A stretch of DNA of 45,308 nt from positions 1-45,308 of the IMG/VR virus record IMGVR_UViG_3300037424_000558; one strand, written 5' to 3'. Below, in pieces: positions 16,798-26,044 of this stretch. This DNA comes from a virus (Duplodnaviria; Caudoviricetes). The translations under genes were made by a program, and so were the position numbers. Numbering within the stretch: the stretch's first letter is position 1; every line of letters starts with the position of its first letter. The notes beneath the pieces are model-generated. The model did not search any database. It was not told the DNA's origin and saw only the letters and a list, made by a program, of their open reading frames with translations.

Positions 16798-17805
16798 TTA
16801 AAATCTCCTCCAGATAAAACTTTCGAGTGATGCAAAATAAGAATCAACTGTTATAATATTTGCCCTAGCTGCAATCTGACGTGCAGTATTAGTTTTAATC
16901 CGCATTTTAACGAGAGGGTAATATCCTGTTGAATACGCATTGTAATTTGTGTCATTGGCATTACCGCCGACCGCGGTATCTGTTACACCAGGGTATCCTA
17001 TCCACACAGCAACAACACCGGAGGCATCAATAAATCTTACTATTAAACTAGCGATTACCTCAAATCCAGTCGTGACTCCAATCGCATCAAGGCGTCTTGC
17101 CGTTGTCAATGTGTTTGCCAAGCTTATATCCAGCACTGGAGTTGTCCGATGCTTCTCAATAGTTCGCCCATCAATCTCCCGTGTAATATACGGAATAATA
17201 TTACTCGATCCATCTGTGATTACCCATTCCACTAACTGATAAATCGTAAATCCAGCCGGTAAAAACGTTGGAACCCCTGCCCCGGTATAAACCGAAAATC
17301 CGGCGTCAGTAACTCCGGTTGTTGGGTTATAAATAATATAAACTCCGTATTCAGTGCTTGCAGTCCATGATCCGCCCATTAATCCACCGGCTGGCGTTCC
17401 TGGTATACCACCTGCCGCCCACGCGACATCCCCCTGTTTTGCGATTGCTGCCGTTAGTCGTAACGTATATTTACGGGTGGTGTCGGGAACTTGCCCGACC
17501 GATAATTGCACGTCGTGATTTGCATCGGTATCGGCTGACCCGATTATTCCGTATGCCGACCCGTACCGTTGCATCATCCCGATTAAAGCTTGCATTTGCT
17601 GATTACTTGCAATTGTTTCGGCGTTACCGTTAGGAGTTATACTCATTTCGTTTAATAATGCCTGTGGGAGTACTCCAATATAGTCATTAAATACGTTCGC
17701 TATCAATTCCGTACCATCTTTTGTACTCGGTCCTGTCGAATTAACTCCAAACGTGTTCGGGAATATACCAGTATTATACGTTGTTATGTCTTCAATTTTT
17801 CTCAT
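16798..17805 (-). CDS. Tail fibre protein
   Basis: Mu-like fibre N-terminus (DGTELIANVFND...ITPNG...SNQ); last position in the tail module. Confidence 0.75.
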   Translation of the reverse strand: MRKIEDITTYNTGIFPNTFGVNSTGPSTKDGTELIANVFNDYIGVLPQALLNEMSITPNGNAETIASNQQMQALIGMMQRYGSAYGIIGSADTDANHDVQLSVGQVPDTTRKYTLRLTAAIAKQGDVAWAAGGIPGTPAGGLMGGSWTASTEYGVYIIYNPTTGVTDAGFSVYTGAGVPTFLPAGFTIYQLVEWVITDGSSNIIPYITREIDGRTIEKHRTTPVLDISLANTLTTARRLDAIGVTTGFEVIASLIVRFIDASGVVAVWIGYPGVTDTAVGGNANDTNYNAYSTGYYPLVKMRIKTNTARQIAARANIITVDSYFASLESFIWRRF

Positions 17806-17819
17806 TTATTATGTCTCCT

Positions 17820-18614
17820 TTAAATATAATTAACAATTAATCCAGCCCATGTAAACATAGGTTTATGCCTCAAAATTATCCGTATAAATTCAGCCCGCCT
17901 TTCATAGGGTATTTCTGCTTGAATTATCCCTGTCAGTTCTCCAGTTATTCCGTCTCGTGTCGCAGTACCCCCGACAAAAAAAACAAATGGCCAAGAATCT
18001 GGATCGGTTGGAATTGGAAAAATAATTCTGTCATTTGTAAAATCATTAAAATAACCCAAATATAGTGAATCGTCACCGAGGTAAGAAAACTCACCGCCAA
18101 GCACCGTTTCATAATTTATTGTTTGAGTATAAACGTCACCGATAACAAGAAGTTCCCCTGCGGATACGCCAAGAAATGCTTCAGTATCTCCCAAATATGC
18201 GTTGTTGTCTCCGAGAGTTACCTGAAAATTACTTTCTAAAAATAATGCAGGATTAACTGCCGGATCATTTTGATGAACTTGAACATTAAATCCAGCGGCG
18301 ACGAGTGCGGATTGTAAATCGTCTTCCGACCCATTACCCGGCTGACCGTAAACAAAGGCGGCTAACTGCATACGCCGTTCTGCTTCAGTCAAGCGAATAT
18401 TGGTAGTAAACCCAAACTCTTTTTCAAGGTCTTCTAAAATAATCGTTTTATTCGGGTCTAAAATATAGGCAAGTTGTTCTAAATCTTCTCGCACGGATTC
18501 CCAATTTTCGGCCATCCCGTCGAAAAATAAATCCATACCCTCGCCAATAGCGGGAGTCCATGCTTGACCTTCTGGTAAATTTGAGTCAATAACTTGTCGC
18601 ATTAAATCAGCCAA
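17820..18614 (-). CDS. Baseplate wedge protein (Mu gp48/YmfQ-like)
   Basis: LPEGQAW, LEDLEKEFG, ILRHKP motifs; follows baseplate J. Confidence 0.75.
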   Translation of the reverse strand: MADLMRQVIDSNLPEGQAWTPAIGEGMDLFFDGMAENWESVREDLEQLAYILDPNKTIILEDLEKEFGFTTNIRLTEAERRMQLAAFVYGQPGNGSEDDLQSALVAAGFNVQVHQNDPAVNPALFLESNFQVTLGDNNAYLGDTEAFLGVSAGELLVIGDVYTQTINYETVLGGEFSYLGDDSLYLGYFNDFTNDRIIFPIPTDPDSWPFVFFVGGTATRDGITGELTGIIQAEIPYERRAEFIRIILRHKPMFTWAGLIVNYI

Positions 18615-19791
18615 AAGTCAAACCTCCGACTGCCAATTTTGCCTCTTCTCCTGGCTTCATATTATATTCTGTTATAAATACACCTGCGGAAAGACCAAAT
18701 CCGACACCGTTACATGATGCACCGGCAGACGTTAAAGCGGATTGAACGACCGCAGAAATTTCAATATCTGTTATTTTGTCACGGCGCAAAAACAGAGGGT
18801 CAAGGCCGTCAATATAAGGCTGTACGGACTCAAAAAATAAATCAAGTGCCGTTTCGATATTCTGTTGTTGTTCTGCCATGTCGCCAAGAGGGACATATAA
18901 ACCCCTGACCTCGACATAAAATCCTGTTACTGAAATTGGTCTGATTATTAAAGTATCATTTGTCAATCCAAGCGGCTGTCTGGCTATTCCCGTTGTTGGA
19001 TCGGTTGTCACTGAATCCCTGACCTGATCCAATAGAGCAGGTGGAGCGATTCCATCCGGTTCGATTGATGGTTCACATTCAACGTATAACGTCCGATGTG
19101 GCGGCGGTCTTGTCGGGTCTTCGGGGTCTCCTGAATAGGGATAAATTCTTTCGACACCGGTGACTTCCTGTCCCCAGATTCGATAATCTGCCAGATTAGC
19201 ACCGCCGCCTTTTGATCGTATAACGTCTAATATTCTGGTCTTATATGATTCTAAAGTTTCAGCTTCCGCTCCGGTTGTCGTGGTTGCCGTTATCGTTGCA
19301 ATTTGCGTTAATCCTGCAATTTGCGTAACGATTGTTAATGTTTCACCGTTATTTAAATTTCCAGAAACACCTGGAGTCCTGCATTTTAAAGATAAAGTTG
19401 AAATTCCAGCTGCCACGGTTTGTGAAGTTTGGGAATAATAGGTCAGTCCGTTTGAATCGCCTTTAAAATCGGTTCCTGCGTTTATTGTGGTTCCGTCTGT
19501 CCCTGGAATTGTCGCGGATAAAATCGTTGCAACTTCGTTTCTGTAAATGACATTATATTGTGAGCCTTGTTCTGTTTTTAATTTTTCAAGATCGGTTGCG
19601 GTAATTACAAGAGCTTGTTTTATTGCATCTTGTCCGTAAATATAAAGCATTTTTCCGATAATCGCTTGGTTTACGGATGTTACTTTTACAAAAGATTTTT
19701 CAACAGGTGGGACAGTTTGATTTAATTTATTCTCATAAACCGCGATATTTTGGTCTGTAAGTTCTTTTGTTGTTGGAAAATTTACACTCAT
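18607..19791 (-). CDS. Baseplate J-like protein (Mu gp47)
   Basis: GAEAETLESYKTRIL...GGANLADYRIW..EVTGV motif. Confidence 0.9.
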   Translation of the reverse strand: MSVNFPTTKELTDQNIAVYENKLNQTVPPVEKSFVKVTSVNQAIIGKMLYIYGQDAIKQALVITATDLEKLKTEQGSQYNVIYRNEVATILSATIPGTDGTTINAGTDFKGDSNGLTYYSQTSQTVAAGISTLSLKCRTPGVSGNLNNGETLTIVTQIAGLTQIATITATTTTGAEAETLESYKTRILDVIRSKGGGANLADYRIWGQEVTGVERIYPYSGDPEDPTRPPPHRTLYVECEPSIEPDGIAPPALLDQVRDSVTTDPTTGIARQPLGLTNDTLIIRPISVTGFYVEVRGLYVPLGDMAEQQQNIETALDLFFESVQPYIDGLDPLFLRRDKITDIEISAVVQSALTSAGASCNGVGFGLSAGVFITEYNMKPGEEAKLAVGGLTFG

Positions 19792-19794
19792 ATT

Positions 19795-20241
19795 TTATTT
19801 TTCACTTGCTGGATTTAAAACTTGTTCTTGCCAATTAATACCATTTTTTGTCAGCAAAATTTGACTCAAATTTCTTCCCGGTGGCTTGACTGTAAACATG
19901 TAATCAACTCGTAAACCGGATGGATTCGATACGTCAATCGGAATTTCAGAGGCCATTTTATTTTTTACCATCCATTCCACTGCTTTATTTGAGGCGTCAA
20001 TTCGATCAAGTAAATATTGTCTGGTAATTGGTTTTTCGTTGGCTTCTTCAAATTTTGACCCTATTTTTTGGTCTGAATTATCAAGTAAATAATTACCTGC
20101 CCAACCTTCTTTTGTGTAAAGAGAAATTATAAGACCGTTTTCAATTCCTGAATCCATAACTGGCTGACATCCTCTGAAATCGAGGTAGGCGCCATTTTGT
20201 CCGATAAAAATTCTTGGATCACCGTCGAAAATTGTACTCAT
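19795..20241 (-). CDS. Baseplate protein (Mu gp46-like)
   Basis: IISLYT..GWAGN...IGS, AVEWM motifs and synteny. Confidence 0.8.
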   Translation of the reverse strand: MSTIFDGDPRIFIGQNGAYLDFRGCQPVMDSGIENGLIISLYTKEGWAGNYLLDNSDQKIGSKFEEANEKPITRQYLLDRIDASNKAVEWMVKNKMASEIPIDVSNPSGLRVDYMFTVKPPGRNLSQILLTKNGINWQEQVLNPASEK

Positions 20242-20244
20242 ATT

Positions 20245-20757
20245 TTACCCTGTTTTTACTGTCACCGATGATGAATTTATTTTTCCGTTTACAGAGGTTG
20301 GGACACTTGGCACCGATCCGGTGACAAGGAAATTTAAAACGGATGATACTGTGGCAACCCATGTAATAAATGCAGCGTCCGTTGTCCCGTCTATTATTGT
20401 TGTATCGTCCTGTCGGGCCACGCCCTTTGAATTCCCATTTAATTCCAAATTTCCATTTTTCAAAAAATTAATATACGCTTTTATCGCACCACCGTCTACG
20501 GAATAAATCTTTTTTTCGCCTTTATCCATGGATGGCGTAATTCCATCGTCAATTAATATACCAATCTTATAAGCATCACCAACCGATATTACTAAAATTT
20601 TACTGTCGTTATTTGGGTTTGTGTCTTCTCCGTGTGGTCTTGCAAGTTGCACCGATTCGGCGTTGTCATCGAAATAAATTGTCGTCTGTAACATCCTGAC
20701 TTCGTTTTCGCTATCACGGTTTTTCTCTACCGATGTTCCTGTTATATTCCCGATCAT
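20245..20757 (-). CDS. Baseplate spike/assembly protein (Mu gp45-like)
   Basis: PHGEDTNP, GEKKIYS motifs; synteny. Confidence 0.75.
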   Translation of the reverse strand: MIGNITGTSVEKNRDSENEVRMLQTTIYFDDNAESVQLARPHGEDTNPNNDSKILVISVGDAYKIGILIDDGITPSMDKGEKKIYSVDGGAIKAYINFLKNGNLELNGNSKGVARQDDTTIIDGTTDAAFITWVATVSSVLNFLVTGSVPSVPTSVNGKINSSSVTVKTG

Positions 20758-22019
20758 ATCTGACCCCACGGCAAAACCACTGGCTGATTGCTGTAAACCT
20801 GCGGCGGTACTAGATATAAGACAGCTGACGTTCCGCCATCCTCAAAAATAAAATCAACTTGCCTGATTAAAAAAGTAAATCCGTTCGGAATAAACATGGT
20901 TTTTGACTTTACATTTATCAAAGTGTTTACGTCCCATAAAACACCGTTTATCTCGTCCGAATACCATGTTGAAACCGGGAAACCTTTTGTAAATGATGCA
21001 ATGTACTGTTTATTTCTTTGAAATTCAGCTACTTGATCTATATTCCCCGGCGTCGATTCATCGGCTGAAAATGTCATTTGCCTTGATTTCGGAACATTTA
21101 CGTCAACGGCTTTTCCAACTTTTTTTGCAGATCGTGGGGACTGACCGAGTGCCACATAGGTATTAAATATTTCACGGCCATTAAATTCAAATTCAAAAAC
21201 CTCACCAATCGGGACTTGTTCTTCAATGGTTGCCACGGGTTGACCTGTTGTTTTTGCGGATGTAATTAATAATTTTCCGTCTTTAGTATTCGATATTAAT
21301 GCCGACCTTTGGCGTGCTAAATTTGCAAGATGTTCAAAAATTTTATCCTCTGGCTTTGCCGTTACTCTGTCAAAAACTCCATCTGTTGTAATTTCAGAAA
21401 TTACCTGAATTCCCTTTGGTTCACATAATTTTTTAGCGCGTTCTAAAAGTGTGACATTATTGGCCTCGTAAGGTTGTAACATCGTTGAATCTACAATATC
21501 GGCGGTGTAAGAAAATCCTTCAAGGTCAACCGATGACCCACCGCTTGAATCTATTTTTGACTTTGTGATATACGAAAGTCCAGTTACGGCCAGAGAATTC
21601 CCCAAATACGCTTTGGCAGTTGGGTAACTTCTTGGCTGGATTGCAATATCAAGTAATGGATTTTTATCAGGTTCCCAAGGAATTGTCGCAGTCCATCCGT
21701 CTGCAGCCATGTCCATTGTTTTTGTGATTCTCCCGGCAATAATGGGCAGATCAATTCCGTTTAAAAAAACAGACATCTGACCTTTTTCTTTCCCTGTTAT
21801 GTCTTGAGCTTGTTCGCGTTCAATAGTTTCTTTTGGAATATTTATTATTTCGTCTGGATAAATTAAATTCGGATTTCCTGATCTTAAATTGTTCTTATTT
21901 GCTTCCCAAATTAATGCCCATTTCGTCGAGTCACCATATGCGATTCCAGCAATTTTTATTAAATAATCTCCGGGGACGATTTTATATGGTTCGCCTTGCG
22001 TTGGGAAATTAATTGGCAT
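20754..22019 (-). CDS. LysM domain + baseplate hub protein (Mu gp44-like)
   Basis: N-terminal YKIVPGDYLIKIA...W..IWEAN...NPNLIYP LysM-type motif followed by a hub-like region. Confidence 0.8.
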   Translation of the reverse strand: MPINFPTQGEPYKIVPGDYLIKIAGIAYGDSTKWALIWEANKNNLRSGNPNLIYPDEIINIPKETIEREQAQDITGKEKGQMSVFLNGIDLPIIAGRITKTMDMAADGWTATIPWEPDKNPLLDIAIQPRSYPTAKAYLGNSLAVTGLSYITKSKIDSSGGSSVDLEGFSYTADIVDSTMLQPYEANNVTLLERAKKLCEPKGIQVISEITTDGVFDRVTAKPEDKIFEHLANLARQRSALISNTKDGKLLITSAKTTGQPVATIEEQVPIGEVFEFEFNGREIFNTYVALGQSPRSAKKVGKAVDVNVPKSRQMTFSADESTPGNIDQVAEFQRNKQYIASFTKGFPVSTWYSDEINGVLWDVNTLINVKSKTMFIPNGFTFLIRQVDFIFEDGGTSAVLYLVPPQVYSNQPVVLPWGQI

Positions 22020-23316
22020 AAATTACAACCTCACGACCGGGAGGCAGAATTAAAATATCTTTACCGTGTAAATTATTTGTCTCAATATATTTATAAATAT
22101 TTGCATCGTCTTTGCCAGTACCTTGATATTCGTTGACTGCAATCTCCCACGTTGAGCGACATTTTTTTAATTTAAAGCGGCGTTCGACTGCAAGATTAAA
22201 AATCTGTGAATTAATGTTTCTGATTGCAAGCGCGACAAGTTTTGTAGTATCTGTAAATGAAGGGGTTTGTGAAAAATATTGTTTTTCAATCGGTAAATTT
22301 CTGAATAATACTTGATATGCATCGAGGTTATCAGTTACGCCTATAAATGTGTTATAAATATTATCATTTATATTCATTGCCTCCGATCTGGAATTTATTG
22401 AGCCATTGATTGAAGACTGAGCTATTGCAGTAATACAGGCCGTTGTTATAAGTTCAACCGTTGCGGCACCATTAATTGAGTCAACCTCTAATTCAAAAAC
22501 CTGATCTATTATTTTTTCATAAAGATTTATTTTTGAATCAATATTTGTGATGATTAACGATGGTAATTGTATTAATTGCTGGAATTGACCGGCAATCATT
22601 AACGGATCAAGTATGGCAGCATTTAAGGTATTCGTTATTGAAGTATTTATTCCATTTATTGCGTCATTGACAGAATTTGATAAAGTGCGAAGTGGAGACA
22701 AAACTGTATTAATAATTATTTGAGCCGATTCTAATGTATCGGTAATAACGGCAACGGCGGCGAAAGTATCTGTTATAGCTTTATTAACAAGTTGGAAAGC
22801 GTGGGCAGCATTCGTTAAAAATATTTGTTGTTCTGTTAATGCTTTTACGTTTGGAATTTTACCGATGTCTTCAAGATTTATTGACTCCAGAAATTCAAGT
22901 GTAAAAGCTGTTATATTTCCTGATCCTATCGGGTCAGATTGTTCTTCGACGCTTGATAATTGAAGTGATAATAAACCATGTACCGGATGAGTTACTGACC
23001 ATCTCCCGCGTTCCTTACATGCAATGAAAAATTTATTTGCATCTTTGTCGTGATCTTTTCCTTCAAAAAAAACTGTCATCGGGTAAACGTCACCTGATAC
23101 GTCCAAATCTTGAATATAAGTACCTTTTACTTTTGGAAAATTAAATCTGCCTAATTTTTTTGTAAACGAACGCGGAGAACCTGCCCAAAGTGGGGAAAAT
23201 TTATTTCCGTCTGGGCTTTTCATTTCGCACGTTTCCCGAAGGCGATCCTGCCATGATCCAAGTATTTGAGCGATATCGGTATTTAAAGTTTGTAAAGAAT
23301 CAAATGTGCCTGCCAT
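22009..23316 (-). CDS. Mu gp43-like tail/DNA circularisation protein
   Basis: WQDRL, FP....YIQDL, HPVHG, FTLEFLES pattern; follows the tape measure gene. Confidence 0.8.
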   Translation of the reverse strand: MAGTFDSLQTLNTDIAQILGSWQDRLRETCEMKSPDGNKFSPLWAGSPRSFTKKLGRFNFPKVKGTYIQDLDVSGDVYPMTVFFEGKDHDKDANKFFIACKERGRWSVTHPVHGLLSLQLSSVEEQSDPIGSGNITAFTLEFLESINLEDIGKIPNVKALTEQQIFLTNAAHAFQLVNKAITDTFAAVAVITDTLESAQIIINTVLSPLRTLSNSVNDAINGINTSITNTLNAAILDPLMIAGQFQQLIQLPSLIITNIDSKINLYEKIIDQVFELEVDSINGAATVELITTACITAIAQSSINGSINSRSEAMNINDNIYNTFIGVTDNLDAYQVLFRNLPIEKQYFSQTPSFTDTTKLVALAIRNINSQIFNLAVERRFKLKKCRSTWEIAVNEYQGTGKDDANIYKYIETNNLHGKDILILPPGREVVIYAN

Positions 23317-24711
23317 TTATTGCGCTCCTAGCATTTCCATTCTCACCGGTTGTGATCCGCGTTTTCTTTCCTGTAATTGCGCGCGTCTGGTTTCATCTTT
23401 AATCGTTAATATGCCGTTATACGAACCTGATTGAGCGGCGGCTTGATTTTGATTTGGGGGAGTTATTTGACTTTGTGTGGCTGCTGTTTGATTTTCTTTA
23501 TTCGGACTTACTTTTTCAGATATTCCGATAAAACTTGCAAATTTTTCTACGCCTGTCATTATCCACGACAATAAATCAACTAATGGGCTAAGTAAAAATA
23601 ATATTCCGTCAATTATTGGCTTTGCTACTTTCCATAAAATTTGAATAATATCTATTATTAAAGAAAACGCACGGCCTATAATTCCGAGTGCTTTTATTAA
23701 TGGTTGCCAATTCATCCCGGCCATTGATTGACCGATATTTTGAAATAATCCAAAAACTTTTGATAAAATAGGCTGTATAAAATTAAACGCCATTTTTAAA
23801 ACATTTACAAATACTGTAATATTCGTTTTTATTAATTCCTTATTAGCAACAACCCATTCAAGAACGCCGGACGTCATCCCTATTAAAGTCTTTGCACCGT
23901 CCTTTAAAAATGGTAGCATCTGCATTCCAATTGCGGAAGCTGTGGAATTTATACTGTCAGATAACGTTGACATTAATCCAGAAAAACTGCTTGATTTTTC
24001 AATCATTGCGCCATAGAACAAACCGCCCTGTGATGTCATTCGCTTAAACGCCCTTTCAACTTCATCGGCTGTGGCGAGTCCCTTTGAAACCATATTTCTG
24101 GCTTCTCCTGTCGTGACTCCCCACATTTTAGCGAGCTCCCCCAGAATGGGAACTTGATTATTTACAAGTTGATTTATATCCTGCATCGAAGCTTTACCTG
24201 CGGCCTTAATCTGACCGAACGCCAGCGCAACTCCCTGTAAATGTTCGGCGTTACCCATTGATATGTCACCTAACATCTGAAGCATTGGAATAACATTGTC
24301 TTTTGTTGCCGCCCCAAAACCTAAAAGCATTGTTGTTGCATCAGATAAGTCTTTAAATTCAAAAGGCGTTTTCGCTCCGAGTACGACTAATTGGTCAACA
24401 AGTTTTCCAGCAGCCTCTTCTGACCCCCCGAGTAAAATTTTATACCCAGCCAATGCGTCTTCCATTTTCGAGGCTTCGCCAACTATTTTTTTAAAACCAT
24501 CGGCCATAAATCCGACGCCGCGCTGAATAATATTTGCAGTCAATACTCCCTTTACAATGTCGCCAAACCGCGACCCGGACTTACTCGCACGGCGAAACGC
24601 ATTTGACGCAGTATCTCCGAACTTATCACTTGATTTCGACATCCGATTAAATACACCGGACACCTGATCCAGTGCACGAAATGCCGTCGTTACCGCCCAA
24701 TTTGCTGCCAT
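23317..24711 (-). CDS. Tape measure protein (short, 464 aa)
   Basis: KTPFEF, LGDISMG, AFGQIKAAGKASMQDINQL, SGLMSTLSD tape-measure domain. Confidence 0.9.
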   Translation of the reverse strand: MAANWAVTTAFRALDQVSGVFNRMSKSSDKFGDTASNAFRRASKSGSRFGDIVKGVLTANIIQRGVGFMADGFKKIVGEASKMEDALAGYKILLGGSEEAAGKLVDQLVVLGAKTPFEFKDLSDATTMLLGFGAATKDNVIPMLQMLGDISMGNAEHLQGVALAFGQIKAAGKASMQDINQLVNNQVPILGELAKMWGVTTGEARNMVSKGLATADEVERAFKRMTSQGGLFYGAMIEKSSSFSGLMSTLSDSINSTASAIGMQMLPFLKDGAKTLIGMTSGVLEWVVANKELIKTNITVFVNVLKMAFNFIQPILSKVFGLFQNIGQSMAGMNWQPLIKALGIIGRAFSLIIDIIQILWKVAKPIIDGILFLLSPLVDLLSWIMTGVEKFASFIGISEKVSPNKENQTAATQSQITPPNQNQAAAQSGSYNGILTIKDETRRAQLQERKRGSQPVRMEMLGAQ

Positions 24712-24875
24712 TATTTTTTTACCGCATCCATTTGTTTTTTATATTCGTTTTCAATAGCTTCGTGGAATTCATAATATGTCTTCAATTCTCTATATGACAT
24801 ATTATTGGTTTTGTCAATATCGACGCCCCTGTAAAACATGGCGGCCAACATCGTTCCGACATTGACGCGCCGCAT
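24711..24875 (-). CDS. Tail assembly chaperone C-terminal extension (gpT-like), 54 aa
   Basis: MRRVNVGTMLAAMFYRGVDIDKTNNMSYRELKTYYEF...; in frame behind the chaperone TAG; stop overlaps the TMP start (TAATG). Confidence 0.6.
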   Translation of the reverse strand: MRRVNVGTMLAAMFYRGVDIDKTNNMSYRELKTYYEFHEAIENEYKKQMDAVKK

Positions 24876-24878
24876 AAA

Positions 24879-25313
24879 CTACATTACCGCTTCGATAAAT
24901 GTAAGGCCGAGAGCGATTGCAATTTTCAAATCAATTGGTTTAAGCTGACTTATTGCCTCGGCATTGAGTCCGCACAAACTGCCAAGCATTGCATAAGCTC
25001 TTCCCATGTGGTCATTCGTGTCATATTTTTTCATGGCCAGAAATGCTTTTCCGACTTGCGAGGTGTATTCCAGTTTTTCGCCTTGACTTCCGACATGCTG
25101 AATAACCAAAATGTCATCGTTTTTGTCTCTTGATATTTCAAGCCTTCCACGTTGTACGGCAGACAGTAATTTTTCTTTATGTGATTTTAACGACTTTGAC
25201 TTTTCTTCATCAAGTCCAGAAAGATCAACGTCGTAATAATCATAAAAATCTTTTAAAATTTCTTCCGCCGATTCTTTTGAAATCACGGTTTGTTTTTTTT
25301 CAAATATTACCAT
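24879..25313 (-). CDS. Tail assembly chaperone
   Basis: Located between tube and TMP; LGSLCGL...ISQLKPIDL motif. Confidence 0.75.
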   Translation of the reverse strand: MVIFEKKQTVISKESAEEILKDFYDYYDVDLSGLDEEKSKSLKSHKEKLLSAVQRGRLEISRDKNDDILVIQHVGSQGEKLEYTSQVGKAFLAMKKYDTNDHMGRAYAMLGSLCGLNAEAISQLKPIDLKIAIALGLTFIEAVM

Positions 25314-25329
25314 TTTTTAATCCTTAATT

Positions 25330-25719
25330 TTAACCCGCCGCAAACAAGCTCCAGCCTGTTACGGTTGTCGGTATCATTTTAATTGTCGTTGTCCCTGCCT
25401 GGGTTTCACGAGACTCGTATTCAATAAATCCAGTACAACGATAGACAGAACCATCGGCGAGAGTATAGGATAGCGTATATTTGCCGGGAGTGTCAGCTCT
25501 CGTTTTTAGGTTGTCGTCCTCGCTGACGTTAGTCGCTACCGTTATGCTTTCAACGGATTGTAGGCGTCTTGTTTGTTTCTGTAAAACTCGTCCAGATGTT
25601 ACCTGCCCTTCGTTTGTATAACGACTATTATTCTGCGTAAAATTTGCGTCCGCCTGTACGTCATACGATACGCCGTCGACTGTGATAGATTTTGGGGTTC
25701 CTACTATATCATTAGCCAT
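25330..25719 (-). CDS. Tail tube protein (Mu-like)
   Basis: 129 aa; SITVDG, TLADGSVY; follows the sheath gene. Confidence 0.8.
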   Translation of the reverse strand: MANDIVGTPKSITVDGVSYDVQADANFTQNNSRYTNEGQVTSGRVLQKQTRRLQSVESITVATNVSEDDNLKTRADTPGKYTLSYTLADGSVYRCTGFIEYESRETQAGTTTIKMIPTTVTGWSLFAAG

Positions 25720-26038
25720 TTATTACCTTCCCTTTGAATGTGACATAATATCTAAAAAAGACATATGCCATCGAATTTGTTAAAAATATGCCTCTGTAAT
25801 GAGCTGTAAGGCCATTATTGGGCGATTTGCGAGGGTCTAAAAACGCCACATACAACCATCGCGGACTACCAAACCCGTCTAAGGCTATTTGCAGGCGATT
25901 TGCGGAAATGGTTATATTTGTACATGTTTTTTCGATAAAACGCAGTACAGCGAAAACCAATGGCATTACAGGCCAGAATAAATACTTAATTTTTGTTAAG
26001 TACTTCCGTAAATCTTTTTTTTGTTTACTTTTGACCAT
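25712..26038 (-). CDS. Hypothetical basic protein inserted between sheath and tube
   Basis: 108-aa ORF filling the gap and overlapping the tube start. Confidence 0.5.
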   Translation of the reverse strand: MVKSKQKKDLRKYLTKIKYLFWPVMPLVFAVLRFIEKTCTNITISANRLQIALDGFGSPRWLYVAFLDPRKSPNNGLTAHYRGIFLTNSMAYVFFRYYVTFKGKVING

Positions 26039-26044
26039 CTTTAT

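Noticed and set aside
16798-17805. Diversity-generating retroelement or invertible tail-fibre system
   Set aside because: No reverse transcriptase, invertase or template/variable repeat pair was seen.
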